Of a stretch of 38,318 nucleotides of DNA, positions 10,115-19,103 are shown piece by piece. How positions within the stretch are numbered: the first letter of the stretch is position 1; each line of letters begins with the position of its first letter. Both the position numbers and the translations under genes were made by a program. The stretch is from positions 1 to 38,318 of the IMG/VR virus record IMGVR_UViG_3300008255_000246, one strand, 5' to 3'. The notes beneath the pieces were generated by a model. The model did not search any database, was not told where the DNA came from, and worked only from the letters and a program-made list of their open reading frames with translations. This stretch comes from a virus (taxonomy: Duplodnaviria; Caudoviricetes).

Positions 10115-10148
10115 CAGATAAAGGGTCTTAAGACCCTTTATCTGTTTT
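10115..10148 (+). terminator. intrinsic terminator built on a perfect 30-bp palindrome
   Basis: CAGATAAAGGGTCTT/AAGACCCTTTATCTG followed by TTTT, downstream of SSB. Confidence 0.7.
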
Positions 10149-10171
10149 ACTTACGCCCCCTGGAGTGATCT

Positions 10172-10921
10172 GTGGACAAGATTAAAGGCGCTCACCTAGA
10201 TGAGCAATTTGCCTCGTTTAAGTCAGCCGTCGAGATCAACACGGCTCGTCAGCCTCTTGAGCTGCTTGACGTTTACGAGCCCTCAACACGCAAAGAGGGG
10301 TGTTACCGCCCCAACTATGATGGCCCATTCACGCGCTCTGAAGACGGCGGCGTCACCTATCATGAGCAGGTCTGGACTCCAGAGCGCCGCATTAAAGCGG
10401 CCTGGGTTCCCAAGGTGCTCGTGCAGGTTGTCCCCCGCTACTTCAAGCAAGGCGCCATTGAGCTTGTTGATGAGGCGCCAAGGGTCACTTCATTCAATAG
10501 AGACAACTCAGCCTACAAGACAGCGCTCAGGCTTAGTTATGGGACTGTCATTGGCTTGAGCCCCAGGGCAGAGCGTCAACTAAGCCTTGGTCAAGATGTC
10601 ATGTTCCCTGCGATGCTTGGCGTCAGGTATCTTGGCGACCAGATCACAGGGACAGGGGCGTTCAAGAGCATTGAGCTGGATATGGTCAAGGTGCTCAACC
10701 TCCACCCCATGACATCCGAGATCATCGGTGTCGTCACCTATGCCGAGCCGGGTCTTGCGCTAAGCTATCGAAGGCCAGGGGGCCACAAGGTCTTCGAGGC
10801 TGTGCTTGTTGAGGAGCACGTCGTCTACGGCGATCACTACCTCGCGGCCCATCCTGGTCAAGAGTCGGATGAGGCGTCTTGGTTCCTTCTCCCTAAGAAG
10901 TGGCTTGTTGCCACCCGCTGA
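10172..10921 (+). CDS. divergent GroES/gp31-like co-chaperonin with a large insertion
   Basis: Segments IKAAWVPKVLVQV / KQGAIELVDEA / YGTVIGLS / LSLGQDVMFPAMLG / WFLLPKKWLVA line up in order with GroES strands and mobile loop. Confidence 0.4.
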   Translation: MDKIKGAHLDEQFASFKSAVEINTARQPLELLDVYEPSTRKEGCYRPNYDGPFTRSEDGGVTYHEQVWTPERRIKAAWVPKVLVQVVPRYFKQGAIELVDEAPRVTSFNRDNSAYKTALRLSYGTVIGLSPRAERQLSLGQDVMFPAMLGVRYLGDQITGTGAFKSIELDMVKVLNLHPMTSEIIGVVTYAEPGLALSYRRPGGHKVFEAVLVEEHVVYGDHYLAAHPGQESDEASWFLLPKKWLVATR

Positions 10922-10936
10922 GCCTAAACCACCATA

Positions 10937-10960
10937 GCAACTGCAATCGATTGCAGTTGC
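10937..10960. repeat. dispersed palindrome copy 3 (24 bp)
   Basis: GCAA-core-TTGC, upstream of thyX. Confidence 0.95.
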
Positions 10961-10978
10961 CCCAACACTGGACAAGTC

Positions 10979-12418
10979 ATGAGTGATGATCAAACCCGCC
11001 CCTCAGTCAGCGTCGATGATCTTAAGCGAGTCGAGAGCACGCCCAAATCTGAGGTGCGCATCTTGAGCGCTTCAGTTGGTCCAGAGGTCCAGGCTGTTCT
11101 TGGCGCCAAGCGCAGCCGGGCCTCCGACATCGAGAAACGCTGGGCTGAGTTCGTCGCCATCTCTACTAAGAAAGGCGATGCCGACACCGCTGTCAAAGAC
11201 TTCTTTGACACGAACATCAAGGGCTACTCGCACGCTTCGATCGCTGATATGTGCCCGGTTTGGGCTGACCTTAACGGCGTCGGTCCTATGGCAGCTTGGA
11301 TGCTGCTGGACTTTGATATGTTCTCAGGCCAGGAGGTGTCCAGCCGAGTCATTGATCAAGGCGCCACCGCTGAGCGTCGAGCTGTCTGCTCCACAGCGCC
11401 AGATCACCCCAGGCTGCACGAGCTGCATGAGAAGTGGCTCAACTTCTATGATGGCTTGACTGCCTCAAACGCTGGCGCCGAGGCCAAGGCATACAAGTTT
11501 GATGACAAGCGCTTTGCGCTGCCGGGCACCATGCGATCTGGCGTGACCTTTGGCAACGTCCGCGCTCGCGACTACATGAGGCACGCTCAAAACCTGAAGC
11601 TCTTTGGAGGCATGGGCGCTCAGCTCGGCCAACAGATGATCGATGCCGCAGCAGCTTACATCCCCAGCATGACAGACGGGCTCACCATGCACTTGAACGA
11701 GCATGGTGAAGAAGTCGAGCGCCAGGGTCAGTATGTGAAGAACTGGCACGATGTAGGGACGGCATGGGTTAGTGGTGAATGGCGAATGCAGGCTGCACTT
11801 ATTGGCTGTGAAACAGGGGTCAAGCTCAACTTCGCTGAAGACTTCCTTTGCGCGCCTGAGCAGGTTAGGCACTTGTTCTGGCTTGGAGCGCTGGCGGATC
11901 GTGGTCCAGGTCGAACCAAGCACCGGGCCTACTTCACCGAGAGCTATAAGCACTTGCCAAGGTTTCAGCTCACGCAGGTGTTGAGCCTTGGCACTGCGCG
12001 CGATGAGCACCGTCACCGTAGGGCGATGCCTTGGGACTTTAAGGTGGTCGTTGATGAGAATCGTCAACCTCTCTTTTGCCCTTGGGCACCATTTAAGCGC
12101 CCAGACGCGCTTTGGAAGGAGACGTGCGAGGTGTTTAATGAGCTGCGCGACGCTGACCCGACCGCCCAAGGATTCTGGTCAGCGTTGCACGCCTTGCCAT
12201 TTTGTGCGACTGTTGTGCTGTCATCGACCTTGGATCTCCCGGCGCTCGTCTATAAGGCTGAGCTGCGCGCCACAGCGCCGAACGCGCATTGGGAATACAA
12301 GAGGCAAAACCTTGAGGTGCTGAGGAGGCTGGTTGAGCTGCTGCCTCGGCAGTTTGTCGAGGCGAACCACCTTCACGCTGTGGTCGAGGGCAATAAGTCA
12401 GGCGTCAATCTGGTCTAA
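10979..12418 (+). CDS. thyX: tandem-domain FAD-dependent thymidylate synthase (ThyX/Thy1-like)
   Basis: GYSHASIAD, EVSSR, FDDKRFALP, RDEHRHR and ELR...AHWEYKR match the duplicated ThyX architecture. Confidence 0.75.
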   Translation: MSDDQTRPSVSVDDLKRVESTPKSEVRILSASVGPEVQAVLGAKRSRASDIEKRWAEFVAISTKKGDADTAVKDFFDTNIKGYSHASIADMCPVWADLNGVGPMAAWMLLDFDMFSGQEVSSRVIDQGATAERRAVCSTAPDHPRLHELHEKWLNFYDGLTASNAGAEAKAYKFDDKRFALPGTMRSGVTFGNVRARDYMRHAQNLKLFGGMGAQLGQQMIDAAAAYIPSMTDGLTMHLNEHGEEVERQGQYVKNWHDVGTAWVSGEWRMQAALIGCETGVKLNFAEDFLCAPEQVRHLFWLGALADRGPGRTKHRAYFTESYKHLPRFQLTQVLSLGTARDEHRHRRAMPWDFKVVVDENRQPLFCPWAPFKRPDALWKETCEVFNELRDADPTAQGFWSALHALPFCATVVLSSTLDLPALVYKAELRATAPNAHWEYKRQNLEVLRRLVELLPRQFVEANHLHAVVEGNKSGVNLV

Positions 12419-12433
12419 GGCGCGCTAACTCAA

Positions 12434-12459
12434 GAGGGGCATCACGCCCCTCGTTTTTT
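12434..12459 (+). terminator. intrinsic terminator
   Basis: GAGGGGC-ATCAC-GCCCCTC followed by GTTTTTT. Confidence 0.75.
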
Positions 12460-12473
12460 GTAAGGAGTGATCT

Positions 12474-13997
12474 ATGGGTCCGCAGACGCTTATGGCAAAC
12501 GTCGTGATCATGGATGGCATGGCATGGCTTCCCAAGTCGCTGCTTGGCGAAGCTCGCGTCCAGGCGCTCAGGAAGGAGCTGACGGCGGGCCTCAAGCAAG
12601 GGATGAAGGGTGAGATCGTCGAGGTGGAAGCATTCGTTGAGAATGACTTTTGGTTTGGGCTGCCGCGCGCTTATTACGAGCACACATCCACAGGCAAGCT
12701 GCCTGTGGTGTACGAGGTGTGTGATGCACCTATCGACACGCTCTCCACTACGATCGAGCCCAAGAACGAGATGCAGACTGATGCTGTCAACACGCTCTGC
12801 GAGCGCTTGCAGCGTTACCCTGCGACACAGGCGATGCTTCAAGCCGGAACAGGCGCGGGCAAGACGGTGATGAGCCTCTTGATCGCGGGCAGGCTCAAGC
12901 AGCGCACGATGATTCTGGTTCACATGGAGTCGCTTTACCTCCAATGGCAGGAGAGGATTAAGACCACAGTGGGCGGCGGCCTCCCAGGAGTCTTTCCCGA
13001 TGCCAAGCTCGGCTTGTTCAGGGGCACGACAGAAGACTATGAGGACTGCGACATCTGCATAGGGATGATCCAGACGCTTGTTAATCGACCCCCAGATCAT
13101 CCAGTCTTTAAGCACTTTGGGCTTATTATCGTGGACGAGTGCCACAGGACGGGCTCTCAGACGTGGAATGTCGTGGCCTCGCGCTTCAACGCAGCTAAGC
13201 GCCTTGCTGTCACGGCGACCCCGCGCCGCAAAGATGGTGGAGAATGCCTCTTTCATTGGCATCTCGGTGAGATCGCCTGGGTTGGCAAGCTCCCGCTGCT
13301 CTCCGCCAAGGTCTTTCCCGTGAAGACATCCTTCACGCTTACTGGCGACTATCCCAAATGGATAGAAGAATCGCTCATGGTGAAGTCCGAGCCGAGAAAC
13401 ATGCTGATCGTGCGCGAGATCATGAAGGCAGTGAGCAAGGACCGTAAGTTGCTCGTCGTTTTCAAGAGGATTGAGCACGCGAACATGATCAAACGCCTCT
13501 TGGATCGCATGTTGCCAGACTACACCGTGGGCCTCGCTGTGGGTTCTTGGTTTGTCGATGAGGACGACGCCTACTCTTACACGGTAGACGGTCGCGCTTA
13601 TCAGGCGCAGTTTAAGAAGAATGGCCGATATGACATCGATCAGATGAACCCGGCCAAGCATCAGGGTGTGGTCAGCGGCAAGAGCGGGATTAAGAAGGTT
13701 AAGCCTAAGACGCGCCAAGTGAGCGCTGAGCAGTTCAAGGCGGCGTGCGAATGCAACATCCTGCTCGCGACTGAGCGCAAGGTTTCCGAGGGCTTTGACC
13801 TGCCGCGCTTGGACACGCTGTTTATCACCACGCCCACTTGGGACATCGAGCAGGTAGCGGGGCGAGTGCTTCGCCCTCACAAGGAAAAAAGACCGCCAGT
13901 GGTCACTCACTTTGTTGACGCTGAGGTGCCCAAATACAGGCGGGCCTGGGAGGCGTGCAAGATCATCTACGAGGACATTGGGTCAGAGATTTTATAG
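12474..13997 (+). CDS. SF2 DExH helicase (UvsW/ResIII/XPB-like)
   Basis: AGTGAGKT, IVDECH, TATP.RKDG, EGFDLP.LDTL, QVAGRVLR; AAGGAG RBS. Confidence 0.9.
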   Translation: MGPQTLMANVVIMDGMAWLPKSLLGEARVQALRKELTAGLKQGMKGEIVEVEAFVENDFWFGLPRAYYEHTSTGKLPVVYEVCDAPIDTLSTTIEPKNEMQTDAVNTLCERLQRYPATQAMLQAGTGAGKTVMSLLIAGRLKQRTMILVHMESLYLQWQERIKTTVGGGLPGVFPDAKLGLFRGTTEDYEDCDICIGMIQTLVNRPPDHPVFKHFGLIIVDECHRTGSQTWNVVASRFNAAKRLAVTATPRRKDGGECLFHWHLGEIAWVGKLPLLSAKVFPVKTSFTLTGDYPKWIEESLMVKSEPRNMLIVREIMKAVSKDRKLLVVFKRIEHANMIKRLLDRMLPDYTVGLAVGSWFVDEDDAYSYTVDGRAYQAQFKKNGRYDIDQMNPAKHQGVVSGKSGIKKVKPKTRQVSAEQFKAACECNILLATERKVSEGFDLPRLDTLFITTPTWDIEQVAGRVLRPHKEKRPPVVTHFVDAEVPKYRRAWEACKIIYEDIGSEIL

Positions 13998-14101
13998 ACA
14001 GCCCCCCACTTAAAATGAGACAATTGGCTCTCTTGGATTAAGCGCGCTCTGCCCACCAATGCCGCTCGATCCTTCAACCCCCATCGACACAGAGGATAGT
14101 C

Positions 14102-15556
14102 ATGGCCGATGAAAACATCAGTCGCCGTGCGCGGCGTTCGCGCGCGCTCAAGCAGTATCAGGCCGAGGTCGGCAAGACCTACAAGGTCAACACCTTCAGC
14201 AAAGCCAGCGATCCGATCAACCGTGTCCAGTTCATCCCCAGCGGCTCTTTTGAGCTTGATCTTGCGCTTGGCGGCGGCTGGAAGATCGGCGGCACGCACC
14301 TCATCTGGGGCAAGGAGCACAGCGGCAAGTCTGTTGCTGCGCTCATGGCAGCGGGTCAAGCTCAGAAGATGTGCTCCAAGTGCGGCACGCACATTGAGTT
14401 GAGGCCGCTTGAGCCTGAGCCCGATGCGAGCCCTCAAAAGATGGCGCACTGGCTTAAAGCGCGGCAGGTGTGCATGTGCTGCGGCACCGCTTACCACACA
14501 AAGGATGCTCCTGCCCCTACGCTTGGGCTGCTCGATATTGAGCCAGAGCCAGGACAGAACGCATCATCGACCTACTGCTCAAAATGTGGATCTGTGGACA
14601 AGATCGTCTCGCTCAGCAAGGATGACGACTATCTTGAGCCGCCTAGACTCTGGAGCTGCGTCTGTGGTGAGAGCGATCCTATGGTCGTGCTCCTGATCCT
14701 GCTTGAGTCAGACTTCGATCCTGAGTGGGTTGAGGCGCTAGGTGTTAACCTTGATGGGCTTCTGATCGAGCAGCCTCACTATGGCGAACAGGGTATGGAT
14801 GTCCTACGCTCATCGGTGCGTCAGGGCTTGGTCGATGTCGTGATCGTTGACTCGGTGAATAACTTGTCGATGTCGGCAGAGATCGACTCCTCTATGGAGG
14901 ATAACCACATGACGCTGACAGCTCGCAAGGTGAACAGCCTCTTGCGTCAGTTGACAGGGCTTACGCGCCAGGGCTCTCAGGTTAAAGATGGTGTCCCGAC
15001 GACGGTTTTTCTGATCAACCAGATCAGGGAGAAGATCGGCTCCGGCCCGTTTGGTGGCGGCCATACGATGTTCGGTGGTCTTGGTCAGTTGTTCGCCGCT
15101 GCGACAATCACCAAATGGGGTCGCGCAAAGCAGCAAACTAACGAGTACGTCTACGGCAACGCATCTGAGACGTTTGGCCTTGGCGTCTCGGTGGATCTGT
15201 CAGTGGCGGTGCAGAAGAACAAGTTTGCTGGCACGACCGACACCACCACGTCGTTTACCTTGATCAAGGCAGACGACGAGCATGGCGTGATGCGCAAGGG
15301 CATGGTCGATGACTTCGATCGCTTGTTTAAGGCTGCCAAGTCTATCGGCCTCATCCGCCGCCCCGAGGGCTTTAACAAGGGCTGGGAGATCGACGGCGCC
15401 CCTGAGCTTGGCTCTTGGGATGTGGAGGGTGAGCTTAAGCTCTCGCTCTATCAGAACGAGCAACTGAAGCGAGCCCTTGTGAGAAGGGTGATCGACCTGA
15501 CGGTGAGAAACACCGTCGCCGCCTTGTCTGGGCTTAAGCAGAAAGCAAAGAAGTAA
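14102..15556 (+). CDS. recA: RecA/UvsX recombinase with a ~98-aa Cys-rich insertion
   Basis: IPSGSFELDLALGGG, Walker A GKEHSGKS, E..FDPEW...LGV, Walker B VIVDSV, INQIREKIG, GG.G..F, KNK. Confidence 0.9.
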   Translation: MADENISRRARRSRALKQYQAEVGKTYKVNTFSKASDPINRVQFIPSGSFELDLALGGGWKIGGTHLIWGKEHSGKSVAALMAAGQAQKMCSKCGTHIELRPLEPEPDASPQKMAHWLKARQVCMCCGTAYHTKDAPAPTLGLLDIEPEPGQNASSTYCSKCGSVDKIVSLSKDDDYLEPPRLWSCVCGESDPMVVLLILLESDFDPEWVEALGVNLDGLLIEQPHYGEQGMDVLRSSVRQGLVDVVIVDSVNNLSMSAEIDSSMEDNHMTLTARKVNSLLRQLTGLTRQGSQVKDGVPTTVFLINQIREKIGSGPFGGGHTMFGGLGQLFAAATITKWGRAKQQTNEYVYGNASETFGLGVSVDLSVAVQKNKFAGTTDTTTSFTLIKADDEHGVMRKGMVDDFDRLFKAAKSIGLIRRPEGFNKGWEIDGAPELGSWDVEGELKLSLYQNEQLKRALVRRVIDLTVRNTVAALSGLKQKAKK

Positions 15557-15566
15557 AGGGGGAGAT

Positions 15567-16040
15567 ATGACCAAGGGGCTACCTAAAGAAAAGAAAGGTC
15601 AGCCCTCTCTCACCATTGGCCTTCCGACGAACAAGGAAGCCAAAGGGAAGGTGAGGGGGGCTCAGAAGCAAGAGGATCGTCTTGCTGGCAAGATGGGCGG
15701 CACGCGCAACCCTGGCTCTGGCAACGTGCGGGGCCGGGTCTGGGAGACGACAGATCGTCGTGGTGATGTCATCGCTAAAGACTGGACGCTAGAGGCGAAG
15801 CACACCAAGCACGCGTCTTACCGGGTCACAGAAGACACGATCTCTAAAGCGCGCGCTGAGGCGCTGCTCTACCAGACAGATTGGGGTCTTGCGATCCAGA
15901 TAGAGGGGTTTGCTGACAAGAGCTTGCCCAGCCGCTTTGTGCTCGTCGATGAGGACGTTTACATGCGCTTGGTTGAATCTGAGCGTCAGCTTGAGAAGCT
16001 GCAATCGATTGCAGCGCTTAAAGCCTCCAGTGAGGAGTGA
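15567..16040 (+). CDS. Hjc-like PD-(D/E)xK Holliday junction resolvase
   Basis: E.RLA...GG...PGSG...GDV...LEAK pattern. Confidence 0.7.
   Translation: MTKGLPKEKKGQPSLTIGLPTNKEAKGKVRGAQKQEDRLAGKMGGTRNPGSGNVRGRVWETTDRRGDVIAKDWTLEAKHTKHASYRVTEDTISKARAEALLYQTDWGLAIQIEGFADKSLPSRFVLVDEDVYMRLVESERQLEKLQSIAALKASSEE
15998..16015. repeat. dispersed palindrome copy 4 (18 bp, inside a CDS 3' end)
   Basis: G-core-C, encoding LQSIA in the Hjc-like gene. Confidence 0.95.
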
Positions 16041-16507
16041 TGGCAATCATAAGAGGTCCATTCAGTGACGATCCCTACCACTGCCGCGACTTCTACAAGG
16101 GCGATCCTCGTGAGGATGTGATCCGCAAGCGCTGGAGAGAGTTCCAGCGCTGGATCGACCTGCATAGCACCATCACGAGGATGAGCATCTTAGATGAGCT
16201 TGCTCAGTTGTCATGGAAGCTAGGCTATAACCACAAAGTCAACAGGCCCGTGAGCTGCCTGTGTTGGATGTTCTTAGATCATCCGATTAGGCAGCCGCAT
16301 GGCGATAGCGTCGAAATGTGCTTGTTGTTCCTGTCAGGGATCGTGTCGCTCTATCGCGAGTGCGCCGCGCACAAGTCACATGATGGCTCGCTCGGTTACG
16401 ATGGCCCTTGCCGGACGGTCTTTGAGTTGGAAAACAAGCTAGACAGCGCACAGGCTCGCCACAACTTTGCGGTGGGCTGGATGATGCGCTTAAGGATGTT
16501 GCGATGA
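16037..16507 (+). CDS. hypothetical protein
   Basis: 156 aa, with start/stop overlaps on both sides. Confidence 0.6.
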   Translation: MMAIIRGPFSDDPYHCRDFYKGDPREDVIRKRWREFQRWIDLHSTITRMSILDELAQLSWKLGYNHKVNRPVSCLCWMFLDHPIRQPHGDSVEMCLLFLSGIVSLYRECAAHKSHDGSLGYDGPCRTVFELENKLDSAQARHNFAVGWMMRLRMLR

Positions 16508-17481
16508 GCAAAGTGAACAATATCCCAAGTTGGGCAACCCCGATGCACAACTTGCCGATTGAAGACTTCCTCGGGGAGCAGAAGTCAGAGGAGAAGATCG
16601 TTGAGCCCAGAAGTGAGGGCCAAACATGGCGGGCCTCAGCGCTTGGAAGTCTTTGCCCAAGAGAGGAAGCGCTCTGTGCCAAGCACGGCGTCTCTCGCAC
16701 GAGCGAGGTGAGCGCTGACCTTAAGGTGATCTTCACGCTTGGTCACGGCATCCACGACGCGATTCAGCAGCGCTACTTAGGGCATCTGTTGATCGGCGGC
16801 TGGCGCTGCCTTGGTTGTGGTCTTGAGACGGGCTCAAGCTCCAAGCTCATGCCGCGCCCTAGTCGGTGCTCAGGCATGAAGTATGACCACAAGACCGAGA
16901 GCCTGACGGCGTGCCCGAACCACAACTACGCCGAGGACGTGGTGAAGGACTGGCACCTGCCGGGCTGGTCTTATCGCGAGGTCAACATCAGAGCGCGCGA
17001 GCCGTTCGTGATCTACTCCCACCCGGATGGTTTTTTGTGGCGCGGCCCCGATGCTCCCCCGGAGGAGGGTGTTGAGCCTCAGCACCATTGGGTTGAGGTG
17101 CTGGAGATCAAGTCGGCTTCAAGCACTTCCTTTTATCAGGGCTCGGGCGGAGAGCGCCCGGTGCGCGACAGCCCTTACGAGTCACACATCAAGCAGGTGC
17201 AAACTTACCTCAACCTCTTGGACATGGAGGTTGGTCGCATCCTCTATGTCAACAAGAGCGGCTGGGGCGTGCGAAGCACCTTCGCCTCTCATGTGGTCAC
17301 AAGGGACAAAGACTGGTTTAATGAGCACGTCGTCAAGGATGTGCTGAGCGTCGAGGAAGCGATCAAGACAGGTGACGAGCTTGGCACCCGACGCGTCTGC
17401 GACAAGGTTGACTGTGAGCGAGCCCGCAAGTGTGTGGTGCGCGCTCAATGCTGGACGGCGATCGATAAACCCAAGGGATAG
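16504..17481 (+). CDS. Cas4-like PD-(D/E)xK exonuclease
   Basis: RAS...CPR, G..IH..IQ, HPDG, LEIKS, QVQTY, and a C-terminal Cys cluster. Confidence 0.8.
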   Translation: MSKVNNIPSWATPMHNLPIEDFLGEQKSEEKIVEPRSEGQTWRASALGSLCPREEALCAKHGVSRTSEVSADLKVIFTLGHGIHDAIQQRYLGHLLIGGWRCLGCGLETGSSSKLMPRPSRCSGMKYDHKTESLTACPNHNYAEDVVKDWHLPGWSYREVNIRAREPFVIYSHPDGFLWRGPDAPPEEGVEPQHHWVEVLEIKSASSTSFYQGSGGERPVRDSPYESHIKQVQTYLNLLDMEVGRILYVNKSGWGVRSTFASHVVTRDKDWFNEHVVKDVLSVEEAIKTGDELGTRRVCDKVDCERARKCVVRAQCWTAIDKPKG

Positions 17482-17485
17482 TGTC

Positions 17486-18250
17486 ATGTCAAACGAGTCT
17501 TGCTCCTGCCTCGCGCTGGTGTGTGAAGCGCAGGGTTACTTGCCCGCGCGAGCGCCCAAGAGTGATTGTCCTCAAGCCTGGGCACTTTATAATGACCACC
17601 ATGATCTGCCCGAAGGTAACAGGCTGCCGAAGTCTAAGGTCAAAGGGGCGTGGCTGACGCGCCGCCTCCCGCGCTTTGAGCTGTATGAGCTTCCTGCTGG
17701 TCGTTTCCAAGACACGCTCCCTGGAGCGCTGGAGGGCTTTGAGCCCTCGGTCTTAGGGATAGATGCCAGTCTTCGCAACACGGGCGTCTGCGTGCTCGCC
17801 AGGAGCCTTTCTGGCGACTTTTACCGCGTCGTGCCGCTCCACTATGGGATCAGCCTAAGTCAAGCTGCCTCGCCTGAGCTGACTGTGATCAGGATGACAA
17901 ACATCACGAACACGGTCGCAAATATTTTTAGCGCTTGTCAGCCTTATGGGCTCCCTGACATTGTGATCGAGGACCACGCCTTTGCTCGGAACGACAACAA
18001 GGCGACCGCCCTTCATGAGCTGCATGGAGACATCAAGGGTTTTTTCTGGAGAACTAGAAATAGGCTTGCACTACCTGTTGGAATCGCTAGTGTACGAAGT
18101 GTCATCGCGCATAACGGGTCTTTAAAAAAAGACAAGTTTCATGCGCTCTTAAAAGCGAAGCTGCCTTGGTTGAATAAGCTAACCGAGGACGAAATTGACG
18201 CATGGGCCGTAGCAACGGCTCATCTAATCGAGGTAAATCATGGCGACTAA
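17486..18250 (+). CDS. RuvC-like resolvase (RNase H fold) with N-terminal extension
   Basis: VLGIDASLRNTG, IVIED, DEIDAWA. Start moved to ATG 17486. Confidence 0.8.
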   Translation: MSNESCSCLALVCEAQGYLPARAPKSDCPQAWALYNDHHDLPEGNRLPKSKVKGAWLTRRLPRFELYELPAGRFQDTLPGALEGFEPSVLGIDASLRNTGVCVLARSLSGDFYRVVPLHYGISLSQAASPELTVIRMTNITNTVANIFSACQPYGLPDIVIEDHAFARNDNKATALHELHGDIKGFFWRTRNRLALPVGIASVRSVIAHNGSLKKDKFHALLKAKLPWLNKLTEDEIDAWAVATAHLIEVNHGD

Positions 18251-19085
18251 GAAGAAGGAAGCGTCCACCGACTTGAAAGTGAACGAGGAAGTGATCGACG
18301 GCTTTGTCGTCGACGCCGACTCCAAGCAAGAGGAGGCCGAGAAGCATCTGGCGAACGTCCGCCAGATCAAAGAAAAGGACGCGGAGCTTTTCGTGGAGCT
18401 GGCTCAAGAGCTTTGGGTTATCAGGCAAGAAAACCTGTTCCTGCTCCTCGAAAACCCTCAGACTGGCATGGCCTACGCTTCGATGAAGGAGTTTATCGAG
18501 GTCGAGGTCAGTTACTCCGAGCGCAAGGCGCATTACCTGTTGGACATCCATAGGGTTTATGCTGACCAGCTCAACGTCATGGACAAGGTAAAGCACCTTG
18601 GCTGGACAAAGCTGATGGAGATGATCCCGGTGATCACGGCTGATAACGTGGATCACTGGATCGCCATCGCTGAGGGCGAAAGCGTCAAGAGCCTTAAGAA
18701 GCTGGTCAAGCACGCCTTGGGTGGTCCTGAAGACATGGACACCCCAGACGGCCTGCTCACCGAGCAAACCAAGCGCTTGACCTTCCAGCTCTTAGATGAC
18801 CAGCACACCGATGTCAGCACAGCGCTTGAAGTCGCCCAGAAGATCAGCGGCTCTAACAACAAAAGCGAGCTGCTGGCGCTCATCGCCAGTGACTTCCTGG
18901 CGGGCAACGCCCAGAGCGCTGGAACCGACCTTCCAGTGCGCGACATCCTGGCTCGCATTGAGCGCAACTTTGGCATCAGCCTGATCGCGCTCAACGCTGG
19001 TGGCCTCATCTACGGCGAAGCAGCGCTGGAGCGACTGGCCACTGGAGATGAGGAGGATGAGGATTTAGGGGATGAGGTCTTCTGA
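18240..19085 (+). CDS. putative DNA-binding protein (HTH plus RHH-like C-terminal part)
   Basis: GAGG RBS. YASMKEFIEVEVSYSERKAHYLL..LGWTKL resembles DUF3102/plasmid-partition-type HTH. LTFQL...helix-helix C-terminal region and acidic tail. Confidence 0.55.
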   Translation: MATKKKEASTDLKVNEEVIDGFVVDADSKQEEAEKHLANVRQIKEKDAELFVELAQELWVIRQENLFLLLENPQTGMAYASMKEFIEVEVSYSERKAHYLLDIHRVYADQLNVMDKVKHLGWTKLMEMIPVITADNVDHWIAIAEGESVKSLKKLVKHALGGPEDMDTPDGLLTEQTKRLTFQLLDDQHTDVSTALEVAQKISGSNNKSELLALIASDFLAGNAQSAGTDLPVRDILARIERNFGISLIALNAGGLIYGEAALERLATGDEEDEDLGDEVF

Positions 19086-19103
19086 GGAAGCCTGATCTAA
19101 ACC

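Noticed and set aside
12405-13910. 501-aa minus-strand ORF, and other long antisense ORFs (22747-23667, 26534-27310, 11465-12169)
   Set aside because: Shadow frames of well-supported plus-strand genes in GC-rich DNA; no motifs.
14372-14665. RecA insertion as an intein
   Set aside because: No C-terminal His-Asn followed by Cys/Ser/Thr and no block B or LAGLIDADG motif; CxxC pairs point to zinc binding.
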